DNA of 64,000 nucleotides from Nitrospiraceae bacterium. GTDB taxonomy: Bacteria > Nitrospirota > Nitrospiria > Nitrospirales > UBA2166. Below the pieces are notes generated by a model, which searched no databases, was not told the DNA's origin, and saw only the letters and a list, made by a program, of their open reading frames with translations. Both the position numbers and the translations under genes were made by a program. Shown one piece after another: positions 20,043 to 30,168 of this stretch. The stretch lies in the NCBI GenBank assembly GCA_002726235.1, contig PBSN01000008.1:2088-66087 (forward strand), given 5' to 3'. Positions within the stretch are counted from its first letter, which is position 1. Every line of letters starts with the position of its first letter.

Positions 20043-21344
20043 ATGGCGCAACGATATACTTCAGACATTCTGATCCAAAATGGAAGGGTTGTTCGTCCGG
20101 GCATGCCGACGATGACGGCAAACGTCTTGATTCAGTCTGGGACAGTTGTCGGCATTCGGCGTGGAATTAAAGCGTCAGCAAAATGTGTGGTGATTGATGC
20201 AAAAGGGAAACTTGTGTGTCCTGGGTTTATCGATCTGCACACTCATCTTCGCGAGCCTGGATTTGAATATAAAGAAACTATCCAAACGGGATCAGCTGCG
20301 GCCGTGGCGGGTGGGTTTACCACTATCTGTTGCATGCCCAATACCAACCCGGTCAATGACAATAAGGTCGTGACGGAATTTATTCTTGGGAAAGCGCGGT
20401 TAGCCGGATTGGCACGGGTGTTACCCATTGGCGCGATTACGACGCGCTTAGACGGGGATGAACTTGCGATGATTGGGGAACTCGCTTCGGCTGGATGTGT
20501 GGCATTGTCTGATGACGGCTACCCCGTTTCGAGTAGCCTGATCATGCGCCGAGCAATGGAATATGCTAAAGCGCTTGGTCTCACCATTGTCGATCATTGT
20601 GAGGACCGAGAGCTTTCAAAGCATGGGGTTATGCATGAGGGGCTAGTATCGACTACCCTTGGTTTGCTGGGAATTCCTTCTGCTGCTGAGGATGTAATGG
20701 TTGCGCGTGATATCGCATTGGCTGAAATGACAGGATGTCGCTTGCACCTTGCACATGTCAGTACTGCAGGGGCGGTCAGGCTAGTCCGAGAGGCGAAAGC
20801 GCGCGGGGTGCCAATTACCGCGGAGGCCTGTCCTCATCACTTTATCTTGACCGATGAAGCGGTTGGCGAGTTTGATACTCAGGCGAAGGTAAATCCTCCT
20901 TTACGTGCCGAGTCTGACGTTCAGGCCATACGCGCTGGTCTTTCAGATGGAACCATTGAAGTGATTGCAACGGATCATGCTCCTCACGCTTCGGAGGAGA
21001 AAGAACAAGGATTTGATAGGGCCCCTTTTGGGATCACTGGGTTAGAGACGGCGCTTGGACTCACTCTTTCGCTTGTGGAAGACGGCGTTCTTGATCTTGA
21101 GTCGGCCGTTGGGGCATTAACCTCGAATCCGGCCAAGGCATTTGGCCTAGAAGGGGGGGACCTTCGAGAGGGGAGAACGGCCGATATCACGATTGTGGAT
21201 CCAAAAGAGGAATGGGTGGTTGATCCGTCAACATTTCGGTCCAAAGGACGGAACACACCCTTCGCAGGACGGAAGCTTAAAGGCAGGGTTGTCACGACTA
21301 TCGTTGGTGGAGAGGTGGTCTTTTCCACCAATGAGAAGCCATGA
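20043..21344 (+). CDS. pyrC: Dihydroorotase (PyrC, amidohydrolase family)
   Basis: DLHTHLREPG metal-binding HxH motif and a later DHAPH motif. ATG 20043 is preferred over the track TTG at 20022. Confidence 0.92.
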   Translation: MAQRYTSDILIQNGRVVRPGMPTMTANVLIQSGTVVGIRRGIKASAKCVVIDAKGKLVCPGFIDLHTHLREPGFEYKETIQTGSAAAVAGGFTTICCMPNTNPVNDNKVVTEFILGKARLAGLARVLPIGAITTRLDGDELAMIGELASAGCVALSDDGYPVSSSLIMRRAMEYAKALGLTIVDHCEDRELSKHGVMHEGLVSTTLGLLGIPSAAEDVMVARDIALAEMTGCRLHLAHVSTAGAVRLVREAKARGVPITAEACPHHFILTDEAVGEFDTQAKVNPPLRAESDVQAIRAGLSDGTIEVIATDHAPHASEEKEQGFDRAPFGITGLETALGLTLSLVEDGVLDLESAVGALTSNPAKAFGLEGGDLREGRTADITIVDPKEEWVVDPSTFRSKGRNTPFAGRKLKGRVVTTIVGGEVVFSTNEKP

Positions 21345-22324
21345 AAATTGTGGTCACGTCGGCTGGAATGGGAAAAGTATGTTTTCTTATGGTTGTGAGT
21401 GTTGTGGTCTGGTTGGCAGGATGTGTTTCGATATCTCTTGTCCCGCCCCTCCAACCATTGCAGGAAACTACCCTGAGTGGAACCGGAAAAGCAAAGGTGT
21501 TGCTGATCGATGTGTCTGGAGTGATTGCCCATAGGACTACAGATCGTGGAGGTGTCTTCCCTGATCCTCCCGATATTGTTTCCCGGGTTAAAGAGGAGTT
21601 GGATTTGGCGGCGCAGGATGATCACGTGAAGGCGGTGGTTCTTCGGATTAACAGTCCCGGAGGCACAGTGACGGCTTCAGATCAGCTTTACTATGAACTG
21701 CGACGTTTTAAGGCTACACGTAAGATTCCGATCGTGGCAGTATTTATGGATGTAGGGGCTTCGGGAGCTTACTATGTGGCAATGGCGGCAGATTCCGTGA
21801 TTGCACATCCAACGAGTGTCGTTGGAAGCATTGGCGTGGTGATGCTTCGAATGAATGTGGAGGGCCTTCTTGAAAAACTTGGACTTGAAACCTCTGCGAT
21901 CAAGTCGGGAGCGATGAAGGATATGGGATCTCCATTTCGGACTATGACCGATGAGGAGTATCACGTCTTCATGGGTGTCATTATGGACTTCTACAATCGA
22001 TTTGTGCAGGTTGTTGGTGAGGGGCGTCCGGGACTCAAGCGGGACAGAGTTCGAGAACTTGCGGATGGGAGGATTTATACTGCAGCGCAAGCACTTAAAG
22101 CAGGTCTTGTGGATGAGTTAGGCTACCTTGATACCGCGCTCGATCGTGCAAAGCAATCCGCAGAGCTTACAGAGGCGAGGGTCGTGACGTATCACCGGCC
22201 TGGCACGTACACTAACAATATCTACTCAGGGTTGCGTGACTCATCTACCCTGCGTCGTATTGCAGATTGGAGTCAATTGCCAGTTGGTATGCCCCAGTTT
22301 CTTTACCTCTGGGGGGCATCATGA
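21341..22324 (+). CDS. sppA: Signal peptide peptidase SppA (36K type), probable lipoprotein
   Basis: ClpP/crotonase-like S49 motifs (LRINSPGGTV, DVGASGAYYVAMAAD) and an N-terminal LAGC lipobox. Start overlaps the pyrC stop (ATGA). Confidence 0.88.
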   Translation: MKIVVTSAGMGKVCFLMVVSVVVWLAGCVSISLVPPLQPLQETTLSGTGKAKVLLIDVSGVIAHRTTDRGGVFPDPPDIVSRVKEELDLAAQDDHVKAVVLRINSPGGTVTASDQLYYELRRFKATRKIPIVAVFMDVGASGAYYVAMAADSVIAHPTSVVGSIGVVMLRMNVEGLLEKLGLETSAIKSGAMKDMGSPFRTMTDEEYHVFMGVIMDFYNRFVQVVGEGRPGLKRDRVRELADGRIYTAAQALKAGLVDELGYLDTALDRAKQSAELTEARVVTYHRPGTYTNNIYSGLRDSSTLRRIADWSQLPVGMPQFLYLWGAS

Positions 22325-23175
22325 GGTTCAAGGACGTGCGTCTGTCTCCTTCGCTGTCCATTGTGCTATTGCTTCTCATTGCGGTTGTTGCCACCACATG
22401 CCAGAAAGCGCCGGTGACAGGACGTGATCAACTGATTTTCTACTCAGAGGAAAAAGAGATTGACATGGGCCTCAACGCCTTTCGAGGGTTTCTGCGGCAA
22501 GCTCCATTGAGTGATGATCCTGAGCTTCTCGCATTAGTAAATCGTGTGGGCGATCGGATTGCGGCGGTTGCTGATAAGCCTGAATATGATTGGGAATTTG
22601 CGGTCATTCAAGAAGATCGGGTTCCAAATGCATTTGCTCTTCCTGGCGGGAAAGTCGCTGTCTTTACCGGCATCCTCAAATATACGAAAGACGAAGACGG
22701 GCTTGCAACTGTGATTGGACATGAGGTGGCGCATGCGCTGCAACGACATGGAAACGAGCGTGTTAGTCGTGCTTGGATTGATCAGGCCCTCCAAGTAGGA
22801 GCCATTGCTGCTGCAGCGACCGGAAGCGTGGATCCTGGCGTTACCCAGGGATTTTTGAGCGCATATGGTGTAGGAGTGTCTTTGCCGTTCAATCGACTTC
22901 AGGAGTCGGAAGCAGATACCGTTGGTCTGTTATTGATGGCGAAGGCAGGCTATGATCCTCGGGCATCAGTAGATTTCTGGGAGCGGATGAGCGGATGTCC
23001 GCGCCGATGGATTGGGAAGCTCTGTTTCCGGTCGGGAGCGGGAGTTCCAGAGTTTCTTTCGACACATCCCTCTGATGAGAATCGCATCAGACACTTAGAG
23101 CGGCTAATTGACCGAGCCATGCCTTACTATGAGGCGGCGCAAAGAGGTCATCCTCCAAACGCACCTGAAGGCTAA
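22321..23175 (+). CDS. M48-family zinc metallopeptidase
   Basis: HEVAHALQRH (HExxH) plus a downstream ESEADTVGL motif, and an N-terminal hydrophobic signal/anchor. Start moved to ATG 22321, which overlaps the sppA stop (ATGA). Confidence 0.88.
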   Translation: MRFKDVRLSPSLSIVLLLLIAVVATTCQKAPVTGRDQLIFYSEEKEIDMGLNAFRGFLRQAPLSDDPELLALVNRVGDRIAAVADKPEYDWEFAVIQEDRVPNAFALPGGKVAVFTGILKYTKDEDGLATVIGHEVAHALQRHGNERVSRAWIDQALQVGAIAAAATGSVDPGVTQGFLSAYGVGVSLPFNRLQESEADTVGLLLMAKAGYDPRASVDFWERMSGCPRRWIGKLCFRSGAGVPEFLSTHPSDENRIRHLERLIDRAMPYYEAAQRGHPPNAPEG

Positions 23176-23393
23176 CGTTTCATCGTAATGCGGTATTGAT
23201 CCACGCACCAACATTTTTTCCCATTTCCAGCGCGCGCGACTGATTCTCCAATATCAGGGCATTCCTTGCTAGGATTTTTACCATATGGTATGGTGCCTCG
23301 GCGCTCGCCGGGGGATGCTGTATCCCTTGCCAGTTGCAAGTTTTTGTCGGTTTCAGTGTCGCATCTGGTGTTTTTTTTGCCTGGGAGATCTGC

Positions 23394-25085
23394 TTGTCAG
23401 AGGGTATTATTTCTACTGCGGTCACCTCCGCACTCCATGAGGCTCTGCGTAAGGCTCAGACTGATGGCCAGTTGCGTCTAGCAGTTTGGCCGAGTCTCGT
23501 ATTTGATATCCCTAAACGTGCGGAGTGGGGAGATCTTTCCACCACGGTGGCGATGGGATTGGCTAAAGGAGAAAAACGCCCACCTCGTGAAATTGCAGAC
23601 GTTATTGCATCTCACCTCCAATGGAAAACTGATCTTTTTGACCATGTCGATGTAGTACCACCTGGATATATAAACCTCACCATCAAGCGAGATCAGTGGT
23701 TCCGCGTGCTGACGGAGATCGAGCAGCAGGGAACAGCATATGGCGACTCGACTGTGCGTGCTGGTCAAAAGGTTTTGATTGAATTTGTCAGTGCAAATCC
23801 CACTGGGCCGCTTCATGTTGGCCATGGACGTGGGGCTGCTGTCGGTGATGCGCTTGCGCATCTTCTGACGCGAACTGGGGCTGATGTTACACGCGAATAC
23901 TATGTGAACGATGTCGGCACTCAGGTCGAGACGTTAGGTAAATCTGTGCTCATGCGTGTGCCACAAGAGGGATTAGGTGTTGAACTCAAGGATGCGCCGT
24001 TGCCTGAGGGACTTTATCAGGGGCAGTACATTTCAGAGATAGCGACAGCGTTTGTGGAGTCTCAACCGTTACCGGCTATGAAAAATGGTGAAGCTGATGT
24101 GGCCGAGGCAGGTCGTTTTGCGAAAGATCTTCTCTTACGAGAGATCCTAGCAGACCTTCACCAATTCAATGTCCGTTTTGACGCAGTCTTTGAAGAACAC
24201 ACCTTGTACGACAATGGTGTAGTGCCAGATGCGCTTGATGCATTGCGTGCGAAAGAGTATGTGTATACCTCGGAAGAAGCTGATTGGTTAGCAACCTCAC
24301 GGTGGGGTGACGACAAGGATCGTGTCGTAAAGCGTGCGAATGGTCAATACACCTACTTTGCTTCTGATATTGCATACCATGTCCATAAATTCAACCGTGG
24401 TTTTCAGCAGCTTATCAATGTGTGGGGTGCCGACCACCATGGGTATGTTCCGCGTATGAAGGCGATGATTCATGCGTTGGGATATTCGGAAAACAGTTTT
24501 CAGGTGTCATTGGTGCAGCTTGTCAGTCTTGTGCGCAGTGGAAAACCCGTCGCCATGTCGACCAGAGCTGGGGAGTTTGTAACGTTGCGTGAAGTGATGG
24601 ACGAGGTGGGTGTCGATGCTGCACGTTTCTTCTTTCTCATGCGGCGATCCGATACTCCCTTGGACTTTGATCTTGATCTGGCACAGCGGAAGTCGAACGA
24701 TAATCCCGTTTTCTACGTACAATATGCACACGCGCGCATTACAAGCCTGTTTAAGATGGCACAGGAGCAAGGGATGAACGTCCCTTCGGTTTCTGAAGTA
24801 GACCTAACCTTGTTGGGATTTCCAGAAGAGTTGGCACTGGTTAAGAAGTTGGCGGAATACCCGGAACTCATTAGCGAAAGCGCGCGATGTCTCGAACCCC
24901 ACCGCGTGGCATACTATCTGCAAGACCTTGCCGGTTTGCTCCATTCCTACTATTACAAGCATCGTATTCTCCAAGTTAATGCCTCGGCGTTGACGTTGGC
25001 CAGATTGGTGCTCATGGGAGCCGTGCAGACAGTCGTTCGCAATGGCCTCACAGTATTAGGCGTATCTGCGCCGGAGACGATGTGA
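23394..25085 (+). CDS. argS: Arginine--tRNA ligase
   Basis: Class I HIGH-type motif (NPTGPLHVGHGRGA), an MSTR (KMSKS-like) motif, and a DALR anticodon-binding C-terminus. Start inferred at in-frame TTG 23394, which has GGGAGA 5 nt upstream. The track start 23334 adds an implausible hydrophobic leader. Confidence 0.9.
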   Translation: MSEGIISTAVTSALHEALRKAQTDGQLRLAVWPSLVFDIPKRAEWGDLSTTVAMGLAKGEKRPPREIADVIASHLQWKTDLFDHVDVVPPGYINLTIKRDQWFRVLTEIEQQGTAYGDSTVRAGQKVLIEFVSANPTGPLHVGHGRGAAVGDALAHLLTRTGADVTREYYVNDVGTQVETLGKSVLMRVPQEGLGVELKDAPLPEGLYQGQYISEIATAFVESQPLPAMKNGEADVAEAGRFAKDLLLREILADLHQFNVRFDAVFEEHTLYDNGVVPDALDALRAKEYVYTSEEADWLATSRWGDDKDRVVKRANGQYTYFASDIAYHVHKFNRGFQQLINVWGADHHGYVPRMKAMIHALGYSENSFQVSLVQLVSLVRSGKPVAMSTRAGEFVTLREVMDEVGVDAARFFFLMRRSDTPLDFDLDLAQRKSNDNPVFYVQYAHARITSLFKMAQEQGMNVPSVSEVDLTLLGFPEELALVKKLAEYPELISESARCLEPHRVAYYLQDLAGLLHSYYYKHRILQVNASALTLARLVLMGAVQTVVRNGLTVLGVSAPETM

Positions 25086-26266
25086 TGGAATTTCGTGTTT
25101 TGCATAGGGAGGAACGAACTGCCGCACGAGTTGGGCAACTACAAACCACGCATGGTGTGATCAACACTCCAGCATTTATGCCCGTTGGCACCCAAGCGTC
25201 GGTGAAAGGCATTTCCCCCCAAGAACTGCGGGAGGTTGGAGCCCAGATGATCCTTGCTAATGCGTACCACCTCTACTTGCGCCCTGGGCATGAGCTCATT
25301 CGTGAACTTGGGGGGCTGCACCGATTTATGGCTTGGGATGGGCCAATCCTCACCGATAGTGGAGGCTATCAGGTGATGAGTTTAGCTGCAAACTGTACTG
25401 TCACGGATGATGGGGCTGAATTTAAATCTCATCTCGATGGATCTTTACATCATATGACTCCTGAACGATCGATGGAAATTCAAGAGGCGCTTGGGGCTGA
25501 CGTCGCGATGGTATTTGATGAATGTCTTGCATTCCCAGCTTCTCGTGAGGTCGTAGAGCCATCAATGCGGCGCACAACTGCATGGGCACAGCGTTGTCGA
25601 GAGGTTCATCGTCGGCCTGACCAGGCTTTGTTCGGTATTATTCAGGGTGCCCATTATCCGGATCTTCGCCAGAAGTCAGCCAGAGAGATTGTGTCAATTG
25701 GGTTTGACGGCTACGCGATCGGTGGGGTCAGCGTTGGTGAAGGAAAACCTCTGATGTATGAAATGGTCGAATATGCCTCGGCGGAGTTGCCTGAATCGAG
25801 CCCAAAATATCTTATGGGTGTCGGACTTCCTGAGGATCTTGTAGAATGTGCCGCTCGTGGCATCGATCTGTTTGATTGTGTCGCACCAACCCGTCATGGC
25901 CGAACGGGGTGGCTATATACGACGGCAGGCCGGATACAGATTAAGAACGCGAAGCATATTCATGAAGAAGAGCCGATTGATGCCGCCTGTGGTTGTTATA
26001 CTTGTCGGCATTTTTCTAGGGCCTATCTTCGACATCTGTTTATAAGCTGTGAGCTTTTCGGATTGCGTTTGAATACGATTCACAACCTCCACATGCTCAC
26101 GCAGCTGATGCGTGAGATACGTGAGGCCATCAATGGTGACTACCTCGATGAATTTCGTGGGGCATTTTACGCTCGGCGTGGCATTACGTTGTCAGGAGAC
26201 GAGGGGATCGTAGGCTCGACATTAGGTCAACCGACGTCCCAACGAGCATTGGAGGTGCCAGTATGA
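25082..26266 (+). CDS. tgt: Queuine tRNA-ribosyltransferase
   Basis: TPAFMPVGT, LTDSGGYQ and the zinc site CGCYTC ... H. Start is GTG 25082 or ATG 25085, overlapping the argS stop. Confidence 0.95.
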   Translation: MMEFRVLHREERTAARVGQLQTTHGVINTPAFMPVGTQASVKGISPQELREVGAQMILANAYHLYLRPGHELIRELGGLHRFMAWDGPILTDSGGYQVMSLAANCTVTDDGAEFKSHLDGSLHHMTPERSMEIQEALGADVAMVFDECLAFPASREVVEPSMRRTTAWAQRCREVHRRPDQALFGIIQGAHYPDLRQKSAREIVSIGFDGYAIGGVSVGEGKPLMYEMVEYASAELPESSPKYLMGVGLPEDLVECAARGIDLFDCVAPTRHGRTGWLYTTAGRIQIKNAKHIHEEEPIDAACGCYTCRHFSRAYLRHLFISCELFGLRLNTIHNLHMLTQLMREIREAINGDYLDEFRGAFYARRGITLSGDEGIVGSTLGQPTSQRALEVPV

Positions 26267-26595
26267 TATGGAGTGACGGGGTTGCGTGGGCTCAGACAGC
26301 CGCAGGGGCTCCACAGGGAGGCCCAGGGCTCTTGGTTTCTCTCATTCCATTTGTCCTTATTTTCCTTATTTTCTACTTTCTCCTGATTCGTCCCCAGAAA
26401 CAACGCTCTTCCCAACACAAAGCGATGTTGGATGCGCTCACAAAGGGGGATAAGGTGATTACGAGTGGGGGATTATGGGGAACGATTGCGAATCTTGGAA
26501 AAGAAACCGTAACATTGCAGATTGCGGACAGTGTCAAGGTGAAGGTTGAGCGAAGTCATGTGACTCAGCTCCAGCGTATAGACGATGAAGAGTAG
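26263..26595 (+). CDS. yajC: Preprotein translocase subunit YajC
   Basis: One TM helix followed by FYFLLIRPQKQR and GDKVITSGGLWGTI motifs. Shares ATGA with the tgt stop. Confidence 0.93.
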   Translation: MIWSDGVAWAQTAAGAPQGGPGLLVSLIPFVLIFLIFYFLLIRPQKQRSSQHKAMLDALTKGDKVITSGGLWGTIANLGKETVTLQIADSVKVKVERSHVTQLQRIDDEE

Positions 26596-26607
26596 GATCG
26601 AAGACGT

Positions 26608-28248
26608 ATGAAACCAGTTCGAGGACGTTTGCTTGCGCTTGGAATTATTGTGGTGCTCTCCGGAGCGTTTTTTCTTCCGTCAACCCCGTACTTCGCGATG
26701 ATGCCGGCGTGGTGGCAAGAGTACTTTCCGAGCAAGGGTACTCGATTAGGCTTAGATCTCCAGGGTGGCATGCATTTGGTCTTGGAAGTTCAAACAGATA
26801 AAGCGGTGGAAATTAATCTCGATCGAACGGCTGACGGCATCAATGGATTATTGGAAGAAAATGACATCTTGGATGCAGAGGTGAAGCGCATTGATCAAAC
26901 CAACGTGCAGGTAGTGGTATCAGGAGAGCACTTGGAGAGTGAAATTGAGACTGTGATATCGGAAACCTATGCAACCTTGATTAGGCGTTCCTCAGACGAG
27001 GAAGGCGTGTTGATCTTTGGAATTAGCGAGCAAGAAGCCAAGCGAATTAAAGAAGGGGCTGTTGAACAGGCGTTGGAGACAATTAGAAACAGGGTGGACG
27101 AATTTGGTGTAGCTGAACCATTGATCCAGACACAGGGGCTCAAAGAGATTGTCGTGCAGCTTCCTGGGATCAAGGATCCAAAGCGTGCGCTCAGGTTGAT
27201 CAAGAGCACAGCCCAACTTGAATTTAAGTTGCTTGATGAGGATCATGTGTTAGCGCGGGAACTTCCTCAACTGATTGCGGCGGGACAGGAAGACTCAACC
27301 TTGCAGGAGTTTGCTGACCGAATTCCAGAGGAAGACGAAATTCTTTTTGAGCGGCAGGTGAATCTTGATAGCGGGGTTGTCAGTAAGGTTCCCTATCTCA
27401 TAAAAAAACAAGCCATGCTGACGGGTGATTTGTTAACGGACGCGCGAGTACAGGTTGGAGAGTTTAATGAGCCATATGTTTCGATTTCATTTGATCGAAC
27501 CGGTGGCAAGATTTTCGATACGGTCACGGCGGCAAACGTTCAAAAGCGTATGGCGATTATTCTTGATGATACCGTTTACTCGGCTCCGGTTATTCAGGAA
27601 CGGATCTCTGGAGGACGTGCTCAAATTACAGGGTCGTTTACTCACCAAGAAGCGGCTGATTTGGCTATTGCATTGCGAGCGGGTGCGTTGCCAGCGCCAG
27701 TGGCCATTATTCAGAACCTGACGGTTGGTCCGTCGCTGGGACGCGATTCAATTGAAAAGGGTGCGACTTCGATGGCGATTGCCGCATTTCTCGTTGTCGT
27801 GTTCATGATCTACTATTATCGAATTTCCGGCCTGATTGCAGATGTCGCGCTGGTGTTAAATGTTGTGGGACTCATTGGAGCCTTGGGCGGACTTGAAGCA
27901 ACGCTCACGCTTCCTGGTATTGCCGGGATCATCTTAACCATTGGTATGGGGGTTGACTCCAACGTGCTCATTTTGGAACGTATTCGTGAGGAGATTCGAC
28001 AGGAAAAACCGGTTCGATTAGCGATTGATGCTGGGTACAACAAAGCCCTTCTGACCATTGTGGATGCTCATGTCACGACATTGATTACTGGGTTTGCACT
28101 ATTCGTGTTTGGCACCGGCCCAATCAAGGGATTTGCGGTCACACTGTGCCTTGGTATCGGCATTAACCTGTTTACGGCGTTGGTTGGGACAAAGGTGGTT
28201 TATGATATTGGGAATAACCGCTGGAGGTTTAAGCGTCTTAGTGTTTGA
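26608..28248 (+). CDS. secD: Protein translocase subunit SecD
   Basis: 546 aa with an N-terminal TM helix, a large periplasmic domain (LGLDLQGG) and an RND-like C-terminal TM bundle. Follows yajC. Confidence 0.95.
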   Translation: MKPVRGRLLALGIIVVLSGAFFLPSTPYFAMMPAWWQEYFPSKGTRLGLDLQGGMHLVLEVQTDKAVEINLDRTADGINGLLEENDILDAEVKRIDQTNVQVVVSGEHLESEIETVISETYATLIRRSSDEEGVLIFGISEQEAKRIKEGAVEQALETIRNRVDEFGVAEPLIQTQGLKEIVVQLPGIKDPKRALRLIKSTAQLEFKLLDEDHVLARELPQLIAAGQEDSTLQEFADRIPEEDEILFERQVNLDSGVVSKVPYLIKKQAMLTGDLLTDARVQVGEFNEPYVSISFDRTGGKIFDTVTAANVQKRMAIILDDTVYSAPVIQERISGGRAQITGSFTHQEAADLAIALRAGALPAPVAIIQNLTVGPSLGRDSIEKGATSMAIAAFLVVVFMIYYYRISGLIADVALVLNVVGLIGALGGLEATLTLPGIAGIILTIGMGVDSNVLILERIREEIRQEKPVRLAIDAGYNKALLTIVDAHVTTLITGFALFVFGTGPIKGFAVTLCLGIGINLFTALVGTKVVYDIGNNRWRFKRLSV

Positions 28249-28327
28249 TGTATGGCGTATTACCGTTGGCTTAGGACGTTCAAGTTAACCTGAATCCTGT
28301 TCGCTGACCCCTTAATTCGGAGGATTT

Positions 28328-29245
28328 GTGGTAGAGATTGTTGGGAAAACAAATTTTGATTTCATGGGAAAACGTAAATACACCTTTACGGTTTCCGGGC
28401 TGATGGTGTTTATTGGCTGTGTTGCGTTATTCCAGATCGGATGGGGGACGGCAAACTTAGGCATTGATTTTGCGGGAGGTACAGCCGTTCAGCTCAGGTT
28501 TGATAACCCTATGCCCATTGATCAGGCCAGGGACGCCCTTGGAAAGAGTGGACTTGGAGATGCCGACCTCCAAGAGATCGTTCGTGAAAACAAACTGATG
28601 ATTCGGGTGAAAGAGTCAACTACAATCGAGGAAGAGGTTGCAGACCGGATTGTCAAAGTTTTTGAAGATGCTTTTCCAGAAAATCAATTTGTCGTCGATT
28701 CTAGTGTTGAAATTGGACCGACCATAGGGAAGAAGCTTCAAAAAGATGCCCTTGTCGCAATTTTCATCTCATTGGTTGGGATTATTTTGTACATCGCAGC
28801 GCGCTTTGAAGTTCGTTTCGGTTTTGCGGCAGCGGTAGCCACCTTCCACGATGTGTTCGTCGTGTTGGGAATTTTCTACATTTTGGATAAGGAAATTACC
28901 CTGCTCGTTGTTACCGCACTGTTAACGTTGGCGGGTTATTCATTAACTGATACGGTTGTTGTCTTTGACCGAATCAGGGAAAATCTTCGTATTCGTCGCC
29001 GGCAACCTATAGATCAAGTAATCAATGCCGGGATCAATCAGGTGTTGAGTCGGACGATAATTACCACACTGACCATCGTATTGGTGTTGATTCCTCTGAC
29101 TTTCTTTGGCGGGGAAGTGCTTCATGATTTTTCCCTTGCTCTGTTAATCGGGGTGTTGATCGGGACCTATTCCTCGGTATTCGTGGCAAGTCCAATTTTG
29201 GTCGTGTGGAAGGGGAGCCGAGGGAAACTTCTCAGCCGGATGTGA
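28328..29245 (+). CDS. secF: Protein translocase subunit SecF
   Basis: 305 aa with GIDFAGGT and an LTLAGYSLTDTVVVFDRIREN motif. GTG start with GGAGG upstream. Confidence 0.95.
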   Translation: MVEIVGKTNFDFMGKRKYTFTVSGLMVFIGCVALFQIGWGTANLGIDFAGGTAVQLRFDNPMPIDQARDALGKSGLGDADLQEIVRENKLMIRVKESTTIEEEVADRIVKVFEDAFPENQFVVDSSVEIGPTIGKKLQKDALVAIFISLVGIILYIAARFEVRFGFAAAVATFHDVFVVLGIFYILDKEITLLVVTALLTLAGYSLTDTVVVFDRIRENLRIRRRQPIDQVINAGINQVLSRTIITTLTIVLVLIPLTFFGGEVLHDFSLALLIGVLIGTYSSVFVASPILVVWKGSRGKLLSRM

Positions 29246-29966
29246 TTCTATTGCGTCATTACGCGGGTTAGGCCAACCATCCAAGATTTTCTTCCCTAGC
29301 GACACAACAACAAGTACCCAGTTATTTGCCACTGGGTGTCATTTGGGTGTGAGTGTTTTCTGTTCGGTGCTCGAAGATAGTCGCTGGGCAGGTCCTCCCC
29401 GGGAAGGTGTCCATCCTCTAACACGCAGAACTCCCTAGCGCGATCGATATGGCCGATGGGGAGATGTTGCACCTTCGGTGCCATTTGTCGCAGTGCGATT
29501 GTTTGGCTGGTGTCAGCATTCAAGAAGAGAAATTTAGCCTGATGCTACCTGTCGTCTGTCCCAGATCAGACTTGAGCGATCGGGTGGCTGTGCGGAACAT
29601 TTCAGAAAGCGAATCTAGTTAGGTGTAGGCTGAGCGTACTTGGTGGCACAGTGGTGAGGGTTTTGGGTAAGACATCTCTTCGATGCTTGCACAGAATCTA
29701 ACATTGATTGGCAATACTCGGGAACGTGGTGGAGCAACTGCAGCGTTTGAAAGCTTCTCGGAGAGTCGCCAGAACGTGGCTAGCCAAGAGGCGCTAATGG
29801 CTTTAGGGGTCGCTTTGCAAGGCGGCAAGCCAGCATGTATTGGGAATGTGTGCTTTCGCTCATGCTTTAATGCTCTGCCGCTAGTTTTAATTGTAATGAT
29901 TATCACAGAACTTAAGTTAAAGCAAAAAGTAGTAACAAGTGTAGAACTTTTTGTTTAAAGTTTTTA

Positions 29967-29995
29967 TTGACACTACGTGTATGTGGTGATATAAG
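29967..29995 (+). promoter_or_regulatory. Near-consensus extended -10 sigma-70 promoter (TTGACA-N17-TATAAG, with TG at -15/-14)
   Basis: TTGACA at 29967-29972, TG at 29987-29988, TATAAG at 29990-29995. It lies in an AT-rich tract about 175 nt upstream of the GTG start of the Kelch-repeat gene. Motif match only. Confidence 0.4.
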
Positions 29996-30168
29996 ACACA
30001 AAATACTTAAGGATGTGGGTGTCCGTTGTGGGTACTCTGTGATGTAGATCATAGTTTATGGAAGAGCTTAAAGTTATCGTTGACTGCCACATTAGGGAAT
30101 TAATAGCTTAGCCAGCTTAACCTTAATCTAGGGTAAATTAGAGCATATATAAAAAAGAGGGGGTACGC

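Noticed and set aside
20984-21625. 213-aa minus-strand ORF
   Set aside because: It is antisense across the pyrC/sppA junction, where both genes have clear family motifs. The translation is Ser/Arg/Pro-rich shadow-frame sequence.
23176-23393. T-box or other leader upstream of argS, and an 81-aa minus ORF (23180-23425)
   Set aside because: I found no T-box core (..GGTGGTACCGCG-like) and no specifier/terminator arrangement. The ORF has no motif support and overlaps the argS start region.
29246-30168. Checked the long gap for RNase P RNA, tmRNA, SRP RNA and a tRNA-derived att repeat
   Set aside because: None of the recalled conserved cores turned up on either strand (GAGGAAAGTCC.. for RNase P, a tRNA-like 3' end with GGTTCGA..CCA for tmRNA, the SRP GGAA/AGCA loop). 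No copy of the tRNA-Cys 3' end is present that could mark an integration site.
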